Shown here: in pieces, positions 38,723-47,188 of the stretch
Layout: every line of letters begins with the position of its first letter
How positions within the stretch are numbered: the first letter of the stretch is position 1
Notes under the pieces: generated by a model
What the model was told of the DNA's origin: nothing
The model's database searches: none
Seen by the model: only the letters and a program-made list of their open reading frames with translations
Made by a program: the position numbers and the translations under genes
Assembly: GCA_002238855.1 (NCBI GenBank)
Contig: MPND01000013.1
Span: 9,970 to 73,969 of the forward strand
DNA: 64,000 nucleotides
Direction: 5' to 3'
From: SAR202 cluster bacterium bin90
GTDB taxonomy: Bacteria; Chloroflexota; Dehalococcoidia; Lucifugimonadales; JADFKI01

Positions 38723-39130
38723 TTAATCTTCTTCGAACGGATTGTACAACGGCAAATCGAACTCCCTGAAGTGCCGCACATTCCTCGTGACCACAGTTAG
38801 CCGGTGAACAGCCGCAGTGGCGGCAATCATGGCATCCTCGATCATCGTGTCCGAGCGCCTGTGCATCAGGCGAGCCCAATACCTGAACGCGAGGGCGTCC
38901 ATTGGCAGCACACCGAAAGCATCGGTTACTTCACCAAGCCAGGCTTCCAGTTCGGCTGCCTTTGCAACGTCCTGTTCGCGTGTTATCTCTATACCCGCCT
39001 GAATCTCTCCAACGGTCACCGCAGAAATGTATAGCTGCTCTTCTGGCGCATCCGAAATCCACGACAGCACTGATGGGTGAGGTCTTGGGCGCCTTAACTC
39101 TGAAACGACATTTGTGTCCAACAGATACAT
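38723..39130 (-). CDS. vapC: type II toxin, PIN-domain VapC family
   Basis: 135 aa. MYLLDTNVVSELRRPRP is a PIN N-terminus with the acidic D5. It follows a small antitoxin gene after a 3-nt gap. Confidence 0.85.
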   Translation of the reverse strand: MYLLDTNVVSELRRPRPHPSVLSWISDAPEEQLYISAVTVGEIQAGIEITREQDVAKAAELEAWLGEVTDAFGVLPMDALAFRYWARLMHRRSDTMIEDAMIAATAAVHRLTVVTRNVRHFREFDLPLYNPFEED

Positions 39131-39133
39131 TGG

Positions 39134-39391
39134 CTATTCGAAGCCCTCCGGTGCGCGTCGCCGATGCGCCGTTCTTGGTGGGGCAAGTGACTCCGTGCGT
39201 GCATCAGAGGCAAGCAACAGATCCTTCAGGCTTGGTTTAGCCTTCGCCTGCAATCGCTTCCACTGATCCATCGGCAGAAGCACGGCAGTCTCCACACCCC
39301 TCTTCGTCACGATCTGGGGCCCTTCCGCGAGACTTGCCTCAAGCATCTCGCTGAACTTCGCCTTGGCTTCCTGCACTTGCCATCTTCTCAT
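39134..39391 (-). CDS. type II antitoxin, Phd/YefM family
   Basis: 85 aa. WQVQEAKAKFSEMLEASLAEGPQIVTKRGVETAVLLPMDQW is the typical Phd/YefM fold signature. Confidence 0.8.
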   Translation of the reverse strand: MRRWQVQEAKAKFSEMLEASLAEGPQIVTKRGVETAVLLPMDQWKRLQAKAKPSLKDLLLASDARTESLAPPRTAHRRRAPEGFE

Positions 39392-39476
39392 TGCAGCATA
39401 CCTATTAATCTAAAATCTGACCAGATAACAGACTAGACGCTGTGGGAGGCGTTGTCAATTCGGATCAGTCTAGTCT

Positions 39477-40847
39477 TTAGCTTCTAGCACACTCTCCCAC
39501 AAACCGCCTCGCCATCCCCGGTCGGCTCCCCATATGCACATGGATGTACGATGCCCACAGACTGCCGTCGCGGAACCCCTCGATGCGCCCGTCCTGGCTG
39601 CAAACCGTATATGTCGCCTGCTCCGCTGACGCCGGGCTGTCCGCAACCGACCAGTGGAACTCATGCCCCCGCACACGCTCACCCTTCGACAGTAACGCAC
39701 CCTCTGCCAACGCCTCTACCTCGCGATAGCCAAGCGTCAGCCGCCCTTTGCTCATTGACGATTTCGCAGGAATCAGCCCGACCATCGCATGTGCCTCGCC
39801 ATCGAAGTCTGTCAGTGTCTCGCCGAGATACATCAGCCCGCCGCACTCCGCATATATCTTTCTCCCCGCTGCGTGCGCATCGCTGATTGATCGTTTCATA
39901 GAACTGTTAGCAGAAAGTTCCCGCGCAAACAACTCAGGGAAGCCTCCTCCAATGTACACTCCTCCCACTTCACTCGGCAGCACCTCATCGTACAGCGGGC
40001 TGAACGGCACAATTTCCGCGCCCCACGCCTCAAGCAGATCGAGCGAATCCTGGTAGTAGAAATTGAACGCCTTGTCCTGTGCCACCGCTATCCGCGCCCT
40101 TCGCGGCTGCGACTGCGACTGCGCCGGGAATATAGACGGCTCGACGATTGGGGTGTGTGCCTGTGTCGCTACCTCCAGCAGGCGATCGAGGTCTATCGTC
40201 TCCTCCACCTGCGCCGTCAGCTTGTCGAACCACTCCTCGACCACGACGCCCTCAACGGTCGGAATAAGTCCGAGATGGCGCTCCGGCACGCGCAGGTCAT
40301 CGCGACGCGGCATATACCCAAGCACAGGCAGACCCGTAGCGTCCTCTATCGGCGGCTTGCAGAATTCCAGGTGGCGCGGGCTGCCCACACCGTTCAAGAC
40401 GACGCCTGCAATGTTCACCGAAGGGTCGAACTTCTGGAAGCCAAGAACTTCGGCGGCTACGCTCCGCGCAACCCTTGCGGCACTGGCAATCAGCACTACG
40501 GGCGTGCGCAGCAACTTCGCGACCTCAGCAGTCGATCCCTGCTCGGTCAGATTCGCGTGCCCGTCATACAACCCCATCACACCCTCGACCACGGCAACAT
40601 TCGCAGGCTGCGCTGCCCTGCCGTAGAACTCCAGCACCGTGTCGTGCGACAGCAGCCAGGTATCAAGGTTGCGGCTTGGCACTCCACAAGCCATCAGATG
40701 ATAGGACGGGTCAATGTAGTCGGGCCCGCACTTGAAAGGCTGAACGCGCAGTCCTCGCCGCGCCAGCGCGCCCATAATTCCGGTAGCGATTGTCGTCTTG
40801 CCCACGCCGCTGCGCGTCCCCGCAAGCACTACTGCAGGAGTAACCAT
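39477..40847 (-). CDS. cbiA: cobyrinate (or related tetrapyrrole) a,c-diamide synthase
   Basis: 456 aa. AGTRSGVGKTTIATGI...FKCGPDYIDPSYH, plus a C-terminal glutamine amidotransferase part (YAECGGLMYL). Confidence 0.85.
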   Translation of the reverse strand: MVTPAVVLAGTRSGVGKTTIATGIMGALARRGLRVQPFKCGPDYIDPSYHLMACGVPSRNLDTWLLSHDTVLEFYGRAAQPANVAVVEGVMGLYDGHANLTEQGSTAEVAKLLRTPVVLIASAARVARSVAAEVLGFQKFDPSVNIAGVVLNGVGSPRHLEFCKPPIEDATGLPVLGYMPRRDDLRVPERHLGLIPTVEGVVVEEWFDKLTAQVEETIDLDRLLEVATQAHTPIVEPSIFPAQSQSQPRRARIAVAQDKAFNFYYQDSLDLLEAWGAEIVPFSPLYDEVLPSEVGGVYIGGGFPELFARELSANSSMKRSISDAHAAGRKIYAECGGLMYLGETLTDFDGEAHAMVGLIPAKSSMSKGRLTLGYREVEALAEGALLSKGERVRGHEFHWSVADSPASAEQATYTVCSQDGRIEGFRDGSLWASYIHVHMGSRPGMARRFVGECARS

Positions 40848-40854
40848 CGTTCCC

Positions 40855-41616
40855 CTACTCTCGCGAGTTCATATACCCGCGCGGCGTCACCATCCGCCGT
40901 CCGTGGATATATGTCGTCGAGTTTCCGATAATCAGCGTCGTGAACATATCGATGCGCTCGAAGTGACTATCAAGCTCGCCAAGCGTCGTCAGCATGGAGT
41001 CCTCATCAAGTCGGCTCGCATTTCGCACAATACCGACAGGAGTCTCGGCGCTGCGATGCTTCAACACGATGTCGCGCGCCTCCACAATCTGCTTGTGTCT
41101 CCGGCTGCTGCGCGGGTTGTAAAGCGCAATCACAAAGTCGCCATAAGCCGCTGCGTCCAGCCGCTTGCGTATCGTATCCCACGGCGTCATCAGATCGCTC
41201 AGGCTTATCGCGCAGAAGTCCTGCATCAGCGGCGCGCCCAGCACGGAGGCCGCCGCCTGCGCCGCCGACACGGCAGGCACTACCTCAACCTCCGGCTGTT
41301 CACCATTCCACCCGGTGGAGACAAGGTGCTCGAAGACAGGACCGGCCATGCCATAAACTCCGATGTCGCCAGACGATATTACTGCAACGGTCAATCCTTC
41401 ATTCGCAAGTTCGGCTGCCTTGCCAGCGCGCTCCATCTCCTTGCCAAGCGGCAACGACACCACCTGCTTTCCGCTTACGAGGTCGCCTACCTGTGCCAGA
41501 TAGCCATCGTAGCCCACCACGGCGTCACAGTCCGACAACGCCTTGAGAGCAGCTGGCGTCATCACGGCGCGTTCACCCGGTCCCAGCCCGATGAGAAGAA
41601 TCTTTCCCGCGCTCAT
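40855..41616 (-). CDS. cbiH: precorrin-3B / cobalt-factor III C17-methyltransferase
   Basis: 253 aa. ILLIGLGPG...AVVGYDGYL...VISSGDIGVYGMAG. Confidence 0.82.
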   Translation of the reverse strand: MSAGKILLIGLGPGERAVMTPAALKALSDCDAVVGYDGYLAQVGDLVSGKQVVSLPLGKEMERAGKAAELANEGLTVAVISSGDIGVYGMAGPVFEHLVSTGWNGEQPEVEVVPAVSAAQAAASVLGAPLMQDFCAISLSDLMTPWDTIRKRLDAAAYGDFVIALYNPRSSRRHKQIVEARDIVLKHRSAETPVGIVRNASRLDEDSMLTTLGELDSHFERIDMFTTLIIGNSTTYIHGRRMVTPRGYMNSRE

Positions 41617-41634
41617 CTTGGGGGTCTCGCTGCG

Positions 41635-41967
41635 CTAATCATCAAGTTCGCCCGATTCGTATGCAGCAGTGCGAGCGTCCAGTTCCTCGCGAGTCACCAA
41701 GCTATTCTCAAGCAGCAGCCTCTCCAGCGACGCCAGCCAGCGCTCGTAGTACTCCGAACCCTCTTCATCCGACGGCTCCGCGGCGATCTCCTCCGCAAGC
41801 CTGCGCTGAAACTCTCCCCACTCATACGCGCCGTCCTCGTTCAGCGCAACCGCAATGCCAAACGCGCGACCCTCCCAAGGAGCCGCAAACACGAGCTCCC
41901 CATTGCTGCGTGGCAACGCCAGCTTTCCAGCCATGTCCGTTATCTGACCGTCAGACTCTGTATTCAT
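41635..41967 (-). CDS. nitrile hydratase accessory (activator) protein
   Basis: The block LVFAAPWEGRAFGIAVAL...WGEFQRRL is typical of the beta-like NHase accessory family. I prefer ATG 41967; the track ORF begins 17 codons earlier and would overlap nthA. Confidence 0.75.
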   Translation of the reverse strand: MNTESDGQITDMAGKLALPRSNGELVFAAPWEGRAFGIAVALNEDGAYEWGEFQRRLAEEIAAEPSDEEGSEYYERWLASLERLLLENSLVTREELDARTAAYESGELDD

Positions 41968-41977
41968 TCTTCTTGCT

Positions 41978-42607
41978 TCACATCGCGGCCGCAGTTGACT
42001 TAACCTTGGCAACGCCAATCATGCTGTCACGCGTCACCAGTTTCACCAGATCATCCTCGCACAGATCGTCCGTCCCATCGGGTCGCTCAGGCAGCACCAT
42101 GTAACGGATGTCAGAGTTGCTGTCCCATACGCGCACTTCAACTGATTCGTCCAGATTCAGACCGAACTCCTTCAACACCGCGCGCGGCTCGATGACGGCT
42201 CGAGCCCTGTATGCGTCCGACTTGTACCAGCGCGGCGGCAGGCCAAGCACAGGCCACGGATAGCACGAGCAAAGCGTGCAAACGACAACATTATGCACAT
42301 CCGGCGTATTCTCCAGCACGACGATCTCCGCACCCTGTGCCCCGAAGAAACCCATCTCGCCGATCGCCGAAGTCCCGTCCTTCAACAGCCGCTTCCTGTA
42401 TTCGTCATCCGTCCACGCCCTCGCAACTACCCTCGCGCCGTTCAGCGGCCCTATGTCCTGCTCATAAGCCTGCACCCGCGCATCTATGGCATCCGTGGAT
42501 AGCAGGCCCTTCTCGATCAGCAGCGACTCTATTGCTTTAGTGCGCGCCTCCGCATACGAAAGCGGTTCTGGATGATGTTCGCCGCTGTGGTCATGATTAC
42601 CACTCAT
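41978..42607 (-). CDS. nthA: nitrile hydratase alpha subunit, cobalt type
   Basis: 209 aa. The metal-binding motif VCTLCSCY has Thr/Tyr (Co-type) rather than Ser/Thr (Fe-type). Confidence 0.9.
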   Translation of the reverse strand: MSGNHDHSGEHHPEPLSYAEARTKAIESLLIEKGLLSTDAIDARVQAYEQDIGPLNGARVVARAWTDDEYRKRLLKDGTSAIGEMGFFGAQGAEIVVLENTPDVHNVVVCTLCSCYPWPVLGLPPRWYKSDAYRARAVIEPRAVLKEFGLNLDESVEVRVWDSNSDIRYMVLPERPDGTDDLCEDDLVKLVTRDSMIGVAKVKSTAAAM

Positions 42608-42628
42608 TCGTCGCTCCCCGTAATCTGG

Positions 42629-43309
42629 TTAATCTGACGCTTCCATCCAGCATTCCCACATGTCAATGTATAGAAGCTGATTCGGCTCCGCATTCCCGCC
42701 CCAGAGTTCACTCGCCTCGAACACTACGCTGTAAACATGCTGCGGTCTGTTGTCCGCAACCGTCGGTTCGTCCTGAAACCCCTGCGCCCCGTAGATTCTG
42801 GAAATCACCCCACGCTTACCCCGCACATACCTCGGCAACCGCGTATGCCCCACGGGATGAATATTCCGCACCGCAATCGCATCGCCAACGGCAAAGCGAG
42901 GCGGCGAGGCAGCTTGCTGTTGAAGTGGCTGCGGCTTGTAAATCCGCTGGCGCACTCGCTCCGCAAGTTCCGGGTCGTCGCGCCTCGCAACTTCGGCAGA
43001 CGGATCACCGCTTAACTGGCGAGTCCTGGAATCTAGTTCCTCGGTAGTCAGCAGACCCTTAGACACCAGCGCCGTCTCCAATGCGAGCATCCATTTCTCA
43101 TAGTAACTCGACGCCAGGTACTGTGCCGGCGGTATGTTCTCGATGTAATGGCGCGATCCGTACGGCCCATAGACATCGTGCTCTTCGCGGATGCTGGTCA
43201 CCATGCCATACACCCGCCCTTCCCACTCATCGTGGAAGATCGGCTCGTCAACTTCAATGTCGATAGGCCCGAACCCGTGCATCCCACCCATGTCGTGAAC
43301 GCCGTTCAT
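42629..43309 (-). CDS. nthB: nitrile hydratase beta subunit
   Basis: 226 aa. MNGVHDMGGMHGFGP...FHDEWEGRV is the canonical NHase beta N-terminus. Confidence 0.9.
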   Translation of the reverse strand: MNGVHDMGGMHGFGPIDIEVDEPIFHDEWEGRVYGMVTSIREEHDVYGPYGSRHYIENIPPAQYLASSYYEKWMLALETALVSKGLLTTEELDSRTRQLSGDPSAEVARRDDPELAERVRQRIYKPQPLQQQAASPPRFAVGDAIAVRNIHPVGHTRLPRYVRGKRGVISRIYGAQGFQDEPTVADNRPQHVYSVVFEASELWGGNAEPNQLLYIDMWECWMEASD

Positions 43310-43362
43310 TTGTCAGTCACGCCTTTCAGCAGTCTTGGAAAGTCTAATCTTATACTGCAGCA

Positions 43363-44694
43363 TTATCCCCCATCTAACGGGCTTTCCTCAACCTCAGCCA
43401 CATCCAGAGGCGGTTTCTTCGGCGGCGGTGTAATCAGTGCCAGCAGCGCCGAGCAGACCATCAGCCCCACTCCAACCCACCACACCTCCGTGTAACTTCC
43501 CGTATAGTCGTACACATAACCGGCGATCGGCGCTCCTGCCGCACCTAATATCAGGTTTATCGGCATGGAGAAGCCCCGAATCGCTCCCACATTCTCCCGC
43601 CCGAAGTAGTCCGCCCAGATGAAGTTCTGCAGGAACATCATCCCACCTATGCCCAGCCCGAATATCGCCATAGAGCTGAACATCGTGACATCATCCGCCG
43701 CGTATATCGTCATCACGCTCGCTATCGCCAGGAACGAGAATCCCAGCGATCCCAGCAGTCTGCCCGGAACTCGGCTGACCAGGATGCCGAATGTGAACGA
43801 TGCTGCTCCCGCGCACACTGCGTCAAACGCGGTCGCCCATGCTATTATCGTTGTGTCGAAGCCCCTGTCCGCGAAGTCCGGAATGCGATGCAGTGCCACC
43901 GTGCTCGTCGCAAGCGACACCATGCTGAACATTGCCACCAGACTCCAGAAGATGGGAGAACGTGTCGCTTCCCTAACCGTCCACGACACCTCTTCAACGT
44001 ATTGGCCGCGCTGTGTTTCGCCTTCAACCACACCCTCAGACACATGCATTTCATCGCCGTCGGGCAGCAATCCCATGTCTTCCGGCTGACGCCTGACGAA
44101 GATCGCTGCGAGCGGCGCAATCACGATCACGCCTATCGCTGCAAGGATTATCCATGCACGCTCCCACCCCCACCAGTCAATGAACATCTGAGTGAGCGGA
44201 ACAAAGACCATCGCGCCCACGGGAATGCCTAGCGCCATGAAGGAAATCGCCCGGCCCCGCTTCCGCACGAACCATTTCAGCACAGGCACTGATGTTACCA
44301 ACGCGCCCGGCCCGCTCATACCCACGAGGCCCATAATCGCGAACATCGCTACCATCAGCCACGCGTCATTCGCTTCATCCAGAAACGAAAGCGCAACCAT
44401 CGCGGATGCCGTAACGATTGCAGCGACGGGCAGCATCACCCGCGAGCCGTAGCGGTCGATCAGCCAGCCCACCGGTGGGCTCGTAACCGCGCTGGAGACC
44501 TGCCTCACCGTTTGCGCCCAGCCGAACCACGCCCGCCCTATTCCCAGCGTATCGCCCATTGGCTTTATGAACAGTCCGAAGTTCAGCGAACCCATCGCCA
44601 TACTCACCGCGCCCGCAGTCGCCATCACGGCTACAATAACCCAGCCGTAATACAGCCCTCTTCCCTCGCCGGCGCTCTTATTTTGTAGGCTCAT
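43363..44694 (-). CDS. MFS transporter (paralog of 10199-11488), first gene of the NHase cluster
   Basis: 443 aa, polytopic. N-terminus GLYYGWVIVAVMA. Only 53 nt upstream of nthB on the same strand. Confidence 0.8.
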   Translation of the reverse strand: MSLQNKSAGEGRGLYYGWVIVAVMATAGAVSMAMGSLNFGLFIKPMGDTLGIGRAWFGWAQTVRQVSSAVTSPPVGWLIDRYGSRVMLPVAAIVTASAMVALSFLDEANDAWLMVAMFAIMGLVGMSGPGALVTSVPVLKWFVRKRGRAISFMALGIPVGAMVFVPLTQMFIDWWGWERAWIILAAIGVIVIAPLAAIFVRRQPEDMGLLPDGDEMHVSEGVVEGETQRGQYVEEVSWTVREATRSPIFWSLVAMFSMVSLATSTVALHRIPDFADRGFDTTIIAWATAFDAVCAGAASFTFGILVSRVPGRLLGSLGFSFLAIASVMTIYAADDVTMFSSMAIFGLGIGGMMFLQNFIWADYFGRENVGAIRGFSMPINLILGAAGAPIAGYVYDYTGSYTEVWWVGVGLMVCSALLALITPPPKKPPLDVAEVEESPLDGG

Positions 44695-44744
44695 TAATCT
44701 CTCGGCATCCCTCCGCTTACGGTGTCAACTGCCAATTTAGGCGG

Positions 44745-44753
44745 TGATATACT
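44745..44753 (+). promoter_or_regulatory. extended -10 TGATATACT upstream of the AIM24-family gene
   Basis: GCGGTGATATACT. The -10 is at 44748-44753, 69 nt before the TTG start at 44822. Confidence 0.4.
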
Positions 44754-44821
44754 ACATCAAATTCCAAAGTAACACATTCAAGGTCTGGTCGGTGCCAGAA
44801 AATCAAGAGGAGACGTGAATC

Positions 44822-45505
44822 TTGAGAACATTCGTCGAATTCAGTCCCAGCTATGCGATGCTCAACGTCGAGCTTGAATCGGGGGAATCAATTAAGGCGG
44901 AGACGGGCGCGATGGTGGCGCAGCAGGGCGTCAGCATGAGCACCGGCGCAAGCGGCGGTTTCCTTGGCGGCATCTCGCGCATGGTCAGCGGTGAGTCATT
45001 TGCTTTGAACACCTTCACCGCCGACCGCCACGGCGGCTGGGTCAGCCTCGCGCCTTCGACGCCCGGCGACATCCTCACCTTCGACATTCTTCCCGGACAA
45101 AACATCTTTCTCCAGAGCGGCTCATTCCTCGCATGCAGCGAGAATGTGGAAACTGACTCCAAGTTTCAAGGTTTCAGGGGATTCTTCAGTGGCGAGAGCA
45201 TGTTCTTCCTCAGGGCATACTCGGAGCGGGGAGAAGGCACCGTATTCTACAACGCTTACGGCGCCATCAAGAAAGTCCCAGTCACACCGGGAGAAGAGCT
45301 TGTCGTGGACACCGGCCATCTGGTCGCGTTTACCGACGACGTTGAATACTCGATAGGCAAGGTTGGCGGCATCCGTTCCCTTGTCGCGGGCGGTGAGGGT
45401 CTGGTCATGAAGTTCAAGGGCAATGGCCATGTCTGGATACAGACGCGTAATCTGGAATCCCTCGTAAGCAAGCTGCTTCCTTTCATGCCCAAGAGCAACA
45501 ATTGA
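44822..45505 (+). CDS. AIM24 / TIGR00266 (DUF124) family protein
   Basis: 227 aa, TTG start. GESIKAETGAMV...GESF..NTFTA...VDTGHLVAF...LVMKFKGNGHVWIQTRN is the family pattern. Confidence 0.75.
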   Translation: MRTFVEFSPSYAMLNVELESGESIKAETGAMVAQQGVSMSTGASGGFLGGISRMVSGESFALNTFTADRHGGWVSLAPSTPGDILTFDILPGQNIFLQSGSFLACSENVETDSKFQGFRGFFSGESMFFLRAYSERGEGTVFYNAYGAIKKVPVTPGEELVVDTGHLVAFTDDVEYSIGKVGGIRSLVAGGEGLVMKFKGNGHVWIQTRNLESLVSKLLPFMPKSNN

Positions 45506-45562
45506 TCGTTCCAAGCCGCCAGCGGCGACTTTTCCAGGTCTAGTGAGTAGTCGCCTGCGCCG

Positions 45563-45571
45563 TGATATACT
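45563..45571 (+). promoter_or_regulatory. extended -10 TGATATACT upstream of the DUF1800 gene
   Basis: GCCGTGATATACT. The -10 is at 45566-45571, 77 nt before ATG 45648. Same 10-mer as at 44744-44753. Confidence 0.4.
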
Positions 45572-45647
45572 CTAGGCAAATTTCCGGCACCACATCATTT
45601 CCCACCCCAGCCGGACATAGGCGGGCAGTTCACTAAGGAGGACTCGG

Positions 45648-47069
45648 ATGGTTACTACGACAAAGAAAGACCTGGAACTGCTGGCGCATCTGATGCGACG
45701 CGCAGGGTTCGGCGCAACCCGTTCCCAGATTGAGGCACTTGAAGAAAAGGGCTACGACGCCGTTGTCGAAGACTTGATCGACGCACCCGAGAATGCGACG
45801 TGGATGGGTGACCACATGATCCGGCGCTTCCACCACGAGCAGTCCGGCATGATGGGCCCATGGGCATCCGGCGAGAACTGGCTCTACCGCATGGTCACTT
45901 CTGAAGCCCAACTGCAGGAAAAGATGTGCCTGTTCTGGCACAGCATCTTCGCTACCGGCTACCCGAAAGTCATTCATGGCAAGGTGCTCTGGAACCAGAT
46001 TCGGATGTTCCGCAAGCACGGCCTCGGCGACTTCAAGGACATGCTCATCGAACTGTCAAAAGACCCCGCGATGATTGTGTGGCTGGACAACTACGACAAT
46101 CATGACGGCGCGATCAACGAGAACTACGGGCGCGAGCTGCTCGAACTCTTCAGCATGGGCGTGGGTCACTACTCAGAGGAAGACATCAAGGAAGCCTCGC
46201 GCGCATTCACCGGCTGGACCATCGGCAACACCGAGTACATGGTACTGCGCTCTGAGCGCGACTCCGACTGGCCCTACGGCAGAATCTCCTGGCACTTCGA
46301 CTATCGCCCGGAAGACCACGACGAAGGCGAGAAGACATTCCTCGGGCAGACCGGCAACTTCAACGGCGAGGACATCGTCGATATAATCTGCCAGCAGCAT
46401 TCGACGGCACAGTTCGTCGCCCGCCACATGTACCACTTCTTCGTCGCCGATGAGCCGCCCGTACCCGCATGGCCCTACACACCGCCGCGAGACCCGGACG
46501 CCATTGAGGTTCTGGTGGACGCCTACTTCGACAACGGCTACGACATCAAGGCGATGCTCCGGACCCTGTTCACATCCGACTTTTTCAAAGACGAGAGCAT
46601 CCGCTACGACAAGGTGAAGAGCCCCGCCGAACTCGTCGCAGGCATACTCCGCCTCACGGGCGAGTTCGACAGGCCGCGCCGCGAGATTCAGGACAGGGCG
46701 CGCCAGATGACCTTCATGGGCCAGATGCTCAACAACCCGCCAAGCGTCGAGGGATGGCATCAGGGCGCGGAGTGGGTCGATACAGGCACTCTTGTCGAGC
46801 GCATCAACTTCGCTTCAGAGCAATTCGGCGACTCCGGCAAGCCCGGCGTCAGTGCGATGATCGACAGCGTGATGGCGGACGAGTACGCTACTTCCCCAGC
46901 GCGCCTCGTCGAAGCTTGCCTGGACCAGCTTGGCGTCATCGAAGTCTCCGACGAGACGCGCGAAGTGCTGGAACGGTTCGCCGAGCAGACAGGCGAAGAG
47001 CGCACCCCTGACAAGGTCGCCAACATCCTGCGCCTCGCCACCGCCACCCACGAGTTCCAGCGAAGCTAG
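45648..47069 (+). CDS. DUF1800 domain protein
   Basis: 473 aa. LAHLMRRAGFGAT near the N-terminus and FWHSIFATG...MLIWLDN-type blocks are characteristic of DUF1800. No signal peptide is visible. Confidence 0.7.
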   Translation: MVTTTKKDLELLAHLMRRAGFGATRSQIEALEEKGYDAVVEDLIDAPENATWMGDHMIRRFHHEQSGMMGPWASGENWLYRMVTSEAQLQEKMCLFWHSIFATGYPKVIHGKVLWNQIRMFRKHGLGDFKDMLIELSKDPAMIVWLDNYDNHDGAINENYGRELLELFSMGVGHYSEEDIKEASRAFTGWTIGNTEYMVLRSERDSDWPYGRISWHFDYRPEDHDEGEKTFLGQTGNFNGEDIVDIICQQHSTAQFVARHMYHFFVADEPPVPAWPYTPPRDPDAIEVLVDAYFDNGYDIKAMLRTLFTSDFFKDESIRYDKVKSPAELVAGILRLTGEFDRPRREIQDRARQMTFMGQMLNNPPSVEGWHQGAEWVDTGTLVERINFASEQFGDSGKPGVSAMIDSVMADEYATSPARLVEACLDQLGVIEVSDETREVLERFAEQTGEERTPDKVANILRLATATHEFQRS

Positions 47070-47112
47070 TTAAGTAAATCGGTCCCCATCGACCGTTCAC
47101 CCTGAGCTTGTC

Positions 47113-47146
47113 GAAGGGCAGATTTGCAAATGCGACTCTGCCCTTC
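47113..47146 (+). terminator. strong hairpin between the DUF1800 and NHL genes (terminator or attenuator)
   Basis: GAAGGGCAGA (47113-47122) pairs perfectly with TCTGCCCTTC (47137-47146), followed by ACTTTATT. Confidence 0.45.
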
Positions 47147-47188
47147 ACTTTATTCCGGATGCAGGCTGACAACAGACGAGGTATTGCC

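Noticed and set aside
40155-42104. Several long + strand ORFs (40155-40931, 40798-42003, 41661-42104); similar cases at 37363-38130 and 21293-22318
   Set aside because: All are antisense to confidently identified genes (cbiA, cbiH, NHase, enolase, infB) and are R/H/Q/P-rich.
41978-42607. NHLP-type RiPP precursor (nitrile-hydratase-like leader peptide)
   Set aside because: This is a full-length alpha subunit with an intact VCTLCSCY metal site, flanked by beta and accessory genes. No cyclodehydratase or radical-SAM maturase is present.
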